The notes under the pieces: model-generated
Databases searched by the model: none
Told to the model about the DNA's origin: nothing
The model's input: the letters and a program-made list of their open reading frames with translations, nothing else
Shown here: one piece after another, positions 37,375 through 48,712 of the stretch
How positions within the stretch are numbered: position 1 is the first letter of the stretch
Layout of the letters: each line of letters begins with the position of its first letter
Made by a program: the position numbers and the translations under genes
Assembly (NCBI GenBank): GCA_043228905.1
Contig: JBHGNT010000013.1
Location: 17,050,001 to 17,114,000, forward strand
Direction: 5' to 3'
Length of the DNA: 64,000 nucleotides
Source: Azolla caroliniana
Lineage: Eukaryota; Plantae; Polypodiophyta

Positions 37375-39125
37375 AAGTGCTTGGCATTCGAAGATAACGC
37401 AATATCTTCATCAAATCGGCTTCCGTATGTCAAAATCGAACAACTCCCACTACATACGAAGCAATTCCGCAAGTCCGATCGTCATCATGTTATATGTGGA
37501 TGACCTAATCGTTGGAGTTGAGCATCTCGTCGAAATCAATAAGGTCAAATCCCTCCTTTCCGACAAGTTCGAGATGACGGACATGAAGGAGCTCCACTAC
37601 TTCCTCGGCATCGAGGTAATTCGGACTCCGGTCGGGATCATGATCTCTCAACGGCAATACATCCTCAACTTGTTATACAAGTTCGGTATGGCTGAGTGCA
37701 AATCCGTGGCAACCCCGCTCGATCGCAATCTCAAACTAGATGCGAACTCCGACACCGAAGCGCGTGAGCCGACTCAGTATCAGCAACTGATCGGGAGTTT
37801 AATTTACCTCACGATCACACGACCCGATCTTAGTTATCCGGTCGGTCTCCTTAGCCAATTCATGCAAACACCGCGTGATACTCACTTGGATTGCGCTACG
37901 CAAGTTCTATGATACGTGAGCAACACAATGGATTGCGGCATCCTCTACAAGACCGCGATGCCAATACGACTCGAGGGGTACACAGACGCCGATTGTGCCG
38001 GCTACAAAGCTGATAGAAGATCAACCTCCGGATTTGTTTTCTCCCTCGGCAGCGGAGCAATATCCTGGAGCAGCAAAAAGTAACCAATCGTTGTTCTTTT
38101 GAGCACAGAGGTGGAATATAGGGGTGCGGCAATGGCCGCATGTGAAGTCGTATGGCTCAAAAGGATACTCAAGGATCTGGCCGTAGCCATCAAGGATCTG
38201 ACTTCCCTTTACTGCGACAACATGAGCAGTATCTATCTGGCTCGGAACCCGGTGTTCCACGCTCGGACAAAGCACATCGAAGTGCACTATCACTTCATCC
38301 GAGAGCACGTTCTAGCTGGCGATGTCGACCTACAACACATTAGCACAAATCTTCAAACGGCCAACATCTTCACTAAAGCCTTAGGCGTTGACAAGCTCTG
38401 GCAATTCATGACCGATCTCGGATTGACAATCCTTGACTTGCCAAGCTTGAGGGGGAGTTTTGAAGACACTACGGAATGACGCGTGGATTCCGCAACCGCG
38501 CAACGAAGCTACAATAACGTGTGGATTCCGCAACCGCGCAACACAGCCGTGCAGAACCGATCTACCGCGCAAAGCCGTGAAGAAAGACTCAAGCCGAAGC
38601 ACAAACTTTGCAACTACGCATAACGCAAGCTGGAGCACGGATTCTGCAACTCTGCATAAATGCGAGTCAACGCGGACTCCGGAACGCGAGTCGAAGCGGA
38701 TTTCGGACACCGTATGAAACCGGCCCAAGTTGAGCTTGAGGGGGGGTGTTGAGAATCAAGCTCAACTTGGTCTAGTGTGTGAACTCACCTTGAGAGTGAA
38801 TAGACACTCCAACAGTCAACAGTCACCATTTTGTATTCTAGCATTTAGTATGAGTCATAGAATCATATTCTATGACACATAACTTATGAGCTTTCACATT
38901 CCCTTTGCTCCATGAGCCTTGTAGTTAATGAAGAGAGAGGGTGACTATATAAAGCACTCTCCTCCGACCTTGTATAATGTTGAGTCTTTCTCCTTTGTTA
39001 ATATACTTTTACCTTGCGTATTCTCTGTGTATTATTCCTTGTCTCTCTCACTCACACTCTCTCTCTCATCACACACATAACTCACATCTCTTCCGCTTCA
39101 CAAGAATCATATCCGATTCTTTACA
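37375..39125 (+). mobile_element. 3' half of Copia element D (RT end, RNase H, PPT, 3' LTR 38747-39125)
   Basis: LYVDDL, RPDLSYPVG and HARTKHIEVHYHF motifs; GAGGGGGGG then TGTTGAG...TTTACA. Confidence 0.88.
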
Positions 39126-40953
39126 GTTTCGGATAACGAGGAAGTCGGCGTGGACTTCTTCGAGGCGGCTTACATAACAACACGAAAGGGGAGCACTCCG
39201 GCGCTTAACGGATTCAACGAGAGCAAGTATGACGGGGAGTGGCTCTAGATCGGCGGGTTCCTAAAGACAATGACACCGGACGCGGCGTGGACGAAGGAAG
39301 AGACCAACTGGATTCGGAAGAAAGCGTATTGATTCTTCCTATGGGATGGGAGCATATGGAAGCACCCAAAGAAGAAAAACGATATCCCGATCCGAGTGGT
39401 CGCGAAGAAAGATGAATAAGAGGAATTGCTTACGGCATACCACGAGAGTCCCTGGGCCGGACACCGCGGGATGTGGGCCACATTTGAGAAGCTAAAGGGG
39501 ATGTACTGGTGGCCGGGGCTATACCGGGACGTGCATCGGTTCGTGACGACTTGTGAAAGCTGTCAGGTGCACTTCATAGTCCGACATCGGGACGAGCTTC
39601 ACCCGACCTACCCTCCGTCCGTCCACTTCAAGTGGATGGTGGATCTGGTGACGATGCCGATGGGGGTAGGGGTGCAGTATCTGGTGCTGGCTTGGGAAGA
39701 CCTGACGAACCAGGTAGAAAGCCGAGCGTTGCAGAACAAAATGACCGCGGCCGTGTGCCGATTTCTAATCGAAGAAGTGGTATGCCGGAAGAGCTGTTTG
39801 ACCGCCTAGGGATTAAACTCTCGCTCACCACAACGTACAATCCGGAGGCTAACGTGAAGGTGGAACGCGGACACGGGATGATCGTCAAAGTGTTAGTACG
39901 GGTGTGTGGAGGCTGATTGTCAAAGTGTTAGTATCGAAGAAGATCAAGGAAGACAATTGGGTGCTGGTTTACGACAGCAGCCTCGACAACTAGCACAAGG
40001 AGACCCGCAAATTCGCGAGGAGATGGTTTGGGCCCTACACGGTGACGAGCACGAACGACAACGATACGTACCATCTTGGGGAGCTTGACGGGACATGATT
40101 GGCGGTGCCGGTAGCCGGGAACCGGATTAAAGTGTTCAAGAAGTGGTACGAAGACAAGCCAGAGCGGGGGAGCGATAACGATGACGATCGGTTCGGGGAC
40201 ACCGATAATTCGGAGAGCGACGAGTGAACGCCAACCGATTTTCTCCGGTATATATCCCTCTCCGGCGCATACCGGTGGATGCGCAGTTTGGTGGGGGTGG
40301 ATGTCGTGAAGAAAACCGGCCAGAAGCGGAATCAACGAAACAAAGCGCATGAACCGGCCCTACACTTTTCCATACCAATTAATACCTTGTACATAACTGG
40401 GAGTAGGACAGTGGGTGTAAATAGACTAGATGTGATGCATTGAATGTCTAGGAAATTAAAGAGTATCTTTGTCCGAAAGGACAAGGAATACATTGATGAA
40501 AAAGAGGGTGCAACGGCTTGCCTCGACGACCTATAAAAGGGAAGGAAGAAGGCGGATGAAGGGATCGCGTTTTGGGGGAGTGAGGACAAAGTGCTGTCGG
40601 ACTAGGACCGAGCTCTCTCCTCGATTGTTCGTCATTCTCTGCGGGATTTTGGACTGAGTTAGCTCTACTTCATGGACAACCCGTGTGCTTCCGGTAGAGG
40701 CTCCATAGTGCAGTCGGGGCTGTGTGCGTGCGTGAGCATCGTGTGTGTGTGTGTGTTCGCTTGAGTTGGGTCCGTTGCCGGCTTGCCGGTTGTAATCGTT
40801 ATTGATTTTGTAATTAAGACTTGTTCTCTCTTTCTCCATTTGTGTTCCTGCAAATTGCTCTCTCTCTCTCTCTCTCTTCTTTCTCACGCTCCTTGGTTCA
40901 AGGCCCCTGCGGTCCCGCCACTTTCCACACGCGAAGAGCGTAACAACTCGACA
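39126..40953 (+). mobile_element. 3' part of Gypsy element E, related to B (internally deleted INT, PPT, LTR 40302-40953)
   Basis: Homology to B pol (EEVGVDFF, HESPWAGHRG, CESCQ); PPT GGTGGGGGTGGA; LTR TGTCGTGAAGAAAACC...CTCGACA. Confidence 0.88.
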
Positions 40954-41423
40954 TCGTGTTAGCTGCGAAAATCTTTTTGAGATTTTCCCACACTTGCTTT
41001 GGCGTTTTTCCTCTCGAATGTAGCCAAGCATGTGATCATGAACGCATGATGCAAGGCAATACAGCACACGGCTTGCGGCCTGCTCCCAAGCGGGATAGTC
41101 AGTGTGTGTTGGGTTGGGGTGTGATTCGTGAGCTCCTTTGATGTAGCTCCAGTAGCCTTGTCCGACAAGATATTGATGCATCTTGTATTCCCATGATGCA
41201 AAGTTCGTTCTGTCGAGCTTCTCGGTAGGAAGAGCGCTTCCCATTTGAGTATTCACGGTGATTTCTTCTCAGTCAATGGGCCGGTTCTGTTGATCGTCGA
41301 CGTACAACACAACACAGTCGAAAATGCTTGATCAGGCAACCACACGCTCTGATACCATGTTAAGAAATGGGAAGGCAAGAGTGGTTGCAATGCAGCGGAA
41401 GGTGAGTGTATGTGTGTGTGACA

Positions 41424-41465
<42 letters not shown>

Positions 41466-41657
41466 CAAGAGATGGACAAAATTGTATATGATATTAACAA
41501 AACGAAATACATCCAACAATGACTAAATTACAATGAGTTGGTTTATATACCAACTAAGCTAGGGCAAGCGCCCTTTCTACTATTTACAAAACTAGCATGG
41601 AATGTCCATGAGCTAGTGTGAAACCTATCTATGGGAAGTTGAGTTTGATTCTCAACA
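40954..41657 (-). mobile_element. 5' part of Copia element F (5' LTR 41358-41657, tRNA-iMet PBS, gag start)
   Basis: GCTCTGATACCA at 41346-41357; gag LPTEKLDRTNFASWEYKMHQYL is homologous to C. Confidence 0.88.
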
Positions 41658-44600
41658 GAGCTTTAATGGAAAGCTTCTTCTAACTTCGTCCTTTCTCAGA
41701 GATACGATACTCTGCTGGTCATCATTCATTACAATGTTAGGTATTCGCTTATATACTAAGCCCTAACTTATTAACGAGTTCACACTCGGACGGATACAAT
41801 TTGGATGGAGTCAGCCTTTTATGCCAACAAACTCCCCCGTAAAAGGACTACTCTTTCTTGCATGTACAAGTGCTTGGGGTTATCTCCCCCGTAAACCTAG
41901 ATTACAAATTTAACTAGATCTTATGTTACAAGTCTGTCGGCAAGTAGCCGAGCCGGGAGAGGTATAGTATGAGTGACGGTCAACTCTTACCTTTTGCTCC
42001 TCCTTTGGCTTTCTTTTGCTCGGTCGCTTGTCGTAACCCCATCTTCGTCCTTAGCGTTCTGAAGCGTTGATTTGGGAGTGGCTTTGTCAGGCAATCAACG
42101 ATGTTCACCTCAGTGTTGATCTTTCGGACTTCGAGTTTCTTCTTGGTCACGACCTCCCGTAAATGATGATACTGCACCTCAATGTGCTTCTTCTTCGCAT
42201 GGTAGACCGTATTGTTGATGAGGTGTATTGCGCTCTGTGAGTCGCAATAGATAGTTGGCACTAGTCGGTCTATACGGTTTGTAGTTCTGAAGTCGGCAGT
42301 CAGTCGGTGCAGCCAGATCGCTTCCTTCCCTGCTTCCGATGCTGCTATATACTCGGCTTCTGTGGTAGACAGAGCCGTGCAGTCTTGAAGTTTCGACCTC
42401 CATGATATCGCACCACCACCATAGGTGAAGATGTAGCCATATGTCGATTTCCGATTGTCCGTGTTCTCAGCATAGTCGGAGTTGGTGTAGCCTTTGATTT
42501 CGGCTGAGATTGTCAGTCTGAAAGTCAGCTGTGCATCCATGGTTACTTTTACATACCTTAGGATGTGCTTGACGGCCTCACAGTGCTTCTTTCCTAGGTT
42601 TGACATGTACCGGCTGACCACCCCTACGGCATAGGCTAGGTCGGGTCGGGTTGCCACCATTGCGTACATGATACTTCCAACTGCCGATGCATAGGGTATC
42701 TTTCTATTAAGCTCTCTCTCCTTGTCCGTTGCAGGAGAGTCTCTATCCGATAGTCTGATTGACGTTGGAAGCGATGTCGGGGTTGGCTTCGCGTTCTCCA
42801 TGTTGAAGCGCATCAACACCTTGTAGATGTATTCGGATTGGGAGAGTCGGAGAGTTTTGGTCGTCCGATTTCGCTCTATCCTCATGCCGTGTATGTGTCG
42901 GGCTTGTCCGAGTTCCTTCATCGCGAACTTTGTGTGAAGGCTCCGCTTCAGCTTACTGATCTCTGCTTGATTGCTCCCTGCAAGCAACATGTCGTCGACA
43001 TATAGGATCAGATAGATCCTTGACTTGTTGGCCAGTTGTCGAACATACATGCATGGGTCGAAGTCTGATTTGTTGTATCCAAGCTACCATATGTAGGAGT
43101 CAAACTTCTGGTACCACATTCTCGACGCTTGTTTTAGGCCATATAGACTTTTGTTTAGTCTACATACGAGGTGACTGTCCTCCCTCGTCGCCGTGAAGCC
43201 TGCCGGTTGAGACATGTATATGTCTTCTTCCAGATCTCTATGTAGGAATGTTATCTTTACGCCCATCTGATTGAGCTCTAGATCTTTTGTCGCCACGACT
43301 CCTAGTAGGAGTCGGAGGGTGGTTATCTTGACTACTGGTGAGAATATCTCGTCGTAGTCAACCCTGTATTCCTGTTTGAATCCTTTCGCGACAAGCCGAG
43401 CTTTGTACTTGGGTTTCTCTGAGTCGGATACATACTTGTATCAGAACATCCATTTGCAAGGTAGTGGCTTTCTTCCTGCTGGTAGTTCGACCAGCTCCCA
43501 TGTCTGATTCTGATGAATCGAGTCCATTTCGGATTTCATGGTCTGCAGCCATGTTTTGGCATCTGGTGCGGCCATAGTTTCGTCATACATGTGTGGTTCG
43601 CCTGCATCCGTGTAGTGGACATAGTCGACGCCCGGTTGATAAAACTCTGTTTGCCTTCGAGCTCGTCCAGATCTCCTGGGTGCTGTAATATCTGGTTTGG
43701 ATTCTTCGATTAGTTCAGATTGACGATCGGTATTTGTTGAACCAGTTGTGTCAGGAGTCTTGTTAGGTGTCCCACCCTCGGTTTGGGATTTCGGCGGTGT
43801 CTGGTTGTTCTCCCCTGTGGTTGTTGTCGACTCGGTTCTGACTGTCCTCTTGGCGACTCTGCCTTTGTCGACTCTTGTCGATTCGGTTGTGTCTTTGATT
43901 GCTTGGTCTTTGAGTTCGACGTTAGGACTTGTTGCCGATTCGGTGTTGGCAGGGAAGTTGGAAGTTTGTTGGAGTTCGACTGTTTGTCGAATCTCCGATT
44001 CAGCCCGTTGGGTTGATCCTTCTATGACACTGCTGTCATCTTTGAAGGATACCTTCTTACCAACTGTTTTCTGTTGGTTCCGTTGAGAGAAGGTAGAGTT
44101 CTCATTGAAGACTACGTCGCTGCTCCGGATCAATTTCCGGTTCTCAGGGTCCCATAGCCGGTAGCCGAAGTCCCCATCGGTTCCATAACCGAGAAATATG
44201 CACTTTGTTGCATGGGGTGCCAACTTCGTCCTTTTGTCGCTGGGGATGAACGCGTAGGCTTCACATCCGAATATATGGAGCCTATTGTAGGTCGATTGTT
44301 TGCCTAACCATAGTGCATGTGGCACTTCGAGCCTGATTTCCCTTGACGGCACCAGATTTATCAGGTACACTGCCGTCTGCAATGCCTCGACCCAGAATTC
44401 CAGCTTCAGTCCGGCTTGCTGGAGCATTGCCGTCACCCTCTCCTGGATCGTTCGGTTGATCCGTTCAGCCACCCCATTCTGCATGGGTGTGTAAGGAACG
44501 ATCTTTTGATGCCGGATCCCTTTTTCGGACAAGTACTGTTCGGATCACCTTCGTTGTCAGATCAGAGTGTCTTCACTCTGTGTCCCGACCGGTTCTCCAC

Positions 44601-45824
44601 TTCAGATATCCATCGAGTGAAGACCTCGAGTGCTTCATCTTTGGACTTGATGGAGTATGCCCAAACTTTCTGTGTACAGTCATCTACGAATGTGATGAAG
44701 TGTCGGGAGCCTCCTAGTGATCGTTCATTCTCGACTTCAACCGTTGTCGGTCACCCCTTGTTTTCGATCGGCTGTAGTGTCGACCGATTCTATCGGCTTG
44801 TTCTTTCGTTCGACTCTTTCGGTCGAATGACTCGGTAGAGTGATGGGCTTCTGCTGACTCATCGATGGTTAGTCCCATTGATTTTCGCCTGATGTCCTCT
44901 ATGAGGACTTGGTCGGTTGTTTTGTCTAGATTTAGGATCGGTCGGCTATTGGCGTAAGTCGTACAGAATACCTCCCAACTCGTTGGCAAGCTCGATAGGA
45001 GGGCAAGGGCTTTCACTTCTTCTTCGAAGTTGATCCCTTGTGATGAGAACTCTGACAACACCCGACTGAAGGTGTTGATGTGGGAGGTTGCCGAATCAGT
45101 CTCTTTCATCTTCATGTTGAACAATTGTTTGATCAATATCAGTTTCGAAGATGAGGACTTCTTCTCATAGACGGCCTTTAACTTCTCCCACAATGAGAAC
45201 GCTATTGTCTCTTTCGCCATGTTGAAATAGACGTTTTCGGCCAGGTGCATTCAGATGGTGGAGCGTGCGATTTCGTCCGTTGATCTCCACTCCTCGACTG
45301 TCATTGAAGCAGCTTTTTCGCTGTGCTGAATGGCTTCGACCTGTCTTCGAATGATCAGCATATCCTGCATCATCTCCTTCCACAAGGCAAAGTTTTGGCC
45401 GTCGAATTTTCTGATTTCAACTCTTGTTCCAGATGTTGAAGCCATATTCTGTTTGTGAACTTGAGATTTATGACATGGTCTTTTCTTTCAGCTTCTTTTG
45501 TTGTCTGTTGTCGCCGAACAGCAAAGATTCGGCTCGGATACCAGTTGTGAGTACGAGTGCTATGTGCGGAAACGTGTATGGATATGTAGTCAGTACTGGA
45601 CAACAAACAACACATATAGAAAATAGAATAGGCGTGGAGACTTACACAGATGGAGCTTTAATGGAAAGCTTCTTATTACTTCGTTCTTTCTCAGAGATAC
45701 GATACTCTGCTTGTCATCATTCATTACAATGTTAGGTATTTGCTTATATACTAAGCCCTAACTTATTAATGAGTTCACACTTGGACGGATACAATTTGGA
45801 AGGCGTCGGCCTTTTATGCCAACA
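41658..45824 (-). mobile_element. Copia element G, Tnt1-like (5' LTR 45546-45824; truncated 3' LTR 41658-41829); protease region deleted
   Basis: gag KFDGQNFALWK; INT QNGVAERINRT; RT LYVDDML; RNase H. PBS TGGTATCCGAGC. The LTR copies match, and gag joins INT directly at ~44714. Confidence 0.9.
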
Positions 45825-45868
45825 CGTGGTCCCGCCCAAGTAACACACACGCGCGAAACTGCGCGACA
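45825..45868 (+). mobile_element. Terminal 44 bp of the 3' LTR of Gypsy A
   Basis: CGTGGTCCCGCCCAAGTAACACACACGCGCGAAACTGCGCGACA matches 23524-23567 and is followed by the TSD ACGG. Confidence 0.9.
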
Positions 45869-46160
45869 ACGGTTAGTCGAGGATGAGTATCACTTGCTTT
45901 CTACATGCTCTACATATAGTGCAATTCGTGAAAGCTATGATGATATATTAAGAGGTGATGACTTGAGTGTCATATTAAAGAGAACACCAAGAAGGTTTAG
46001 CTCATATGTATATAACTTATTCACACATCGAGACTTGGTGCTTTGAAGTATGAACATACCTTCTTAGGAAGGAGATACACATAAAGAAAACTTTTGTACT
46101 TAGGTGTCATGGATCAATATTGACCCCTTTATGGACACTAGAAATATCTATCTATCTATC
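45869..46160 (+). mobile_element. Right part of the split RTE-X LINE
   Basis: LVEDEYHLLSTCSTYSAIRESY zinc-finger half, 3' UTR and (TATC)n tail; it continues 21994 exactly when compared with 20300-20592. Confidence 0.88.
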
Positions 46161-46199
46161 TTACCAAATATAAGTGCATGTGCTGAAAATAATAATAAG

Positions 46200-46730
46200 A
46201 GAGCTTATGGATGAACCAACTTTTGATAATAACATAGCATCACCGATCATCTTGTCACCCTTTGAGTATTAATGAAGGTAAGTCATATCGTTGCTTCATA
46301 GACTTTAAGAAAGCTTTTGATATGGTATCTTGTGAGCAACTTTGGAGGTGAATAAAGAACTCATGGTGCCAAGTGAATATTTGTTTGCAATTTCCCGAAT
46401 CTATGAGAAGGTTATATGTTGTGTGCATTTGAGCAATGAAATTTCAAGTTTTTTTATAACAACATTGTTGTTATGCAAGGATGCCCATTCTCATCAACTC
46501 TATTTTGTCTATGCATTGATGAATTAGAACAAACAACTGCCAAGTTTGAAAAGGAATAAGGTGTTGAAGAAGTTTCCATTGGTAATGTAGTTATCATGCT
46601 TTTGTTATATGCAGATAGTGTGTATAAGCTTTTGTTATATGCTTTTGTTACTTTAGAAGATGTGCAAAAGCTTATGGGCATTGGAAGAATTTTGTATGTA
46701 TAGTAAGTTAAGTGTCAACAACTCTAAAAA
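46200..46730 (+). pseudogene. Degenerate RTE-X-type reverse transcriptase fragment
   Basis: Remnant motifs TDH, DFKKAFD, QGCP, IDEL and LLYAD. Confidence 0.7.
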
Positions 46731-46740
46731 AAAAATTATT

Positions 46741-48712
46741 TGAATTGATTTGAGAACACTTGTATGTTTCTATTTATAGGTTCTTATAGAATAGCCTAGA
46801 GATTTCTATAATGTTCTAGAATATTCTAAGATGTTCTAGGATATTCTAGAATGTCCCACAATTTTTACAATAATCAATATATTACAAAAGCTAGCTTTCT
46901 TAAGTTCAAGTCTAGCTGACGCCATGATGTTCATGATAGTATCCCTCCTTCGAGAATGACGAGTGGAAGTCGACGTTAATAATGTAGGGCTGAGTTTGTT
47001 TGGATCGCAGCGATGAAAGTTGTCGACAAGATCTTGAGCATTACAAACATTATTGACTGGTTCCCAAGTGCGATCACTCGGAGGATAGCGTACCCAATCA
47101 ACCAGATAATAGAGCTTATCATGCACAATCTTAGAATTAAGAATAACAGCTACCTCGTATTCAGGGTCGTTTGCAAGTTCGAGAGAAGGCGGAGTTGGCA
47201 CAACACAATTAGGAATTTAAGAGGTGTGGCAAGGTTCCAAAAGATACCTATGAAAGGCAGGGTGAATGCGTAGGTGTGTTGAGAAAAGGGCCTAAGCGCC
47301 GATAATCGAGCTTAGCACATGGTCAAATAGTCTTGATGTGATTACGAAGCAACCATACTCGCTCACCAATCTTAAAAGGAGACTTAAGACGATGCCGATC
47401 CATTGGTCTTATGTTGTGCTTGAGCTTTCTAAAGATGTGAAGATAACTTTAACTAGATTTGTTATAGTCGGTGGCGATGATGCTCCGCACTAAGGTTGCG
47501 GGAGACCACAAGAAGATTCAAGCCATGAACACATGACCATTATGGTGTCACCCGGACTTGAACCTCGAACCTTGTAATCCATAATTGAAAACCTCAACCA
47601 TTAAGATAGCTTATTGTCATATAAGAGGATAAAAACTACTTTACTACTTTTTGTATTACATTGATTATTGTAAAAACTCTAGATCATTCTAGAATGTTCT
47701 AGAATGTCCTAGAACATTCTAGAACATTATAAAAATCTCTAAGCTATTCTATAGGAACCTATAAATAAAGGCATACATGTATTCTCAAATAAATTCGAAT
47801 CAACACCAGTCTTTAGCTCTCATTACATATCTTGTATCCATTCTCTTTCTTTCTCTATCTTAATACACCTATTCTTCTCTTAGCATTTCGTTCCTTTCTT
47901 CTCATGTTCTCTTATATCCTTCTTCCATCACTCTATCTTTTATTCTTGGTTCTGACAGATGGTTTCCGTTGTAGGCAAAGAAAGGTGTAACCGTGGTAGA
48001 AGAGTGTACCGCATTATTGTATGCAAACTCAGCAATATGTAAAATATCACTCCAATCATCTCGTTGATAACTGATGAAGCATCGACGATATTGCTCGAAC
48101 ATTTGATTTGTGTGCTTTGTTTGTCTGTTAGTTTGTGGATGATAAGTCGAAGAGAGTTTGCAGGAGATTTTGAGGCCTTCCCATAGGTGCTTCCAAAAGT
48201 GTGAGATAAATTGAGGACCTCGATCGCTAATAATATCTTTTGGGAGACCATGATGGCGAAACACCTCACGCATAATGAGATCTGTAGTTTCTTCACTACT
48301 AATGGTCTTTACACACGGTACAAAATGTGCCATCTTGGTAAAATGATCCACTACTGTTAAAATAGTATCTTGAAGCCTTTTGACGGTGGTACATCTGTAA
48401 TGAAATCAATAGAAATAGATTGTCATGGCTTGCTTGGAGGCGAAAATGGTTGTAACAAGCCTTAAGGATGATGCCTAGGTATTTTGGCTCGACAACAAGT
48501 GTCACATGTGCGAACGTAATATTTGACAAAGTTTTGCAAGTGAGGACACCAAAATGAGCGCTATACCAACTCCATGGTCTTGGCATTACCAAAATGTCTA
48601 GTCATAGGGGCATCATGACAGTGCTCTAACACTCGAAGGCGGGGTGATCCATCAGGGACATAAAGGAGATTCTTGTAGAAGATTAAGCCAACTTACCACT
48701 TGAATTCTTGAT
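46741..48712 (-). mobile_element. Degenerate Tcn1-like chromovirus H (partial LTR ~46741-46938, chromodomain, integrase)
   Basis: Chromodomain EYEVAVILNSK..YYLVDWVRYPPSDRTWEP; INT DHFTKMAHFVPC, ISDRGPQF and YHPQT. Confidence 0.85.
47521..47957 (+). mobile_element. Solo LTR related to the H family, in opposite orientation inside H
   Basis: Inverted similarity to 46741-46938 (TTCTAGAA-rich repeats, CCTATAAATA); ends CTGACA. The left boundary is approximate. Confidence 0.7.

Noticed and set aside
39126-40301. Pol of element A
   Set aside because: It ends in a different 652-bp LTR, so it belongs to a separate element (E).
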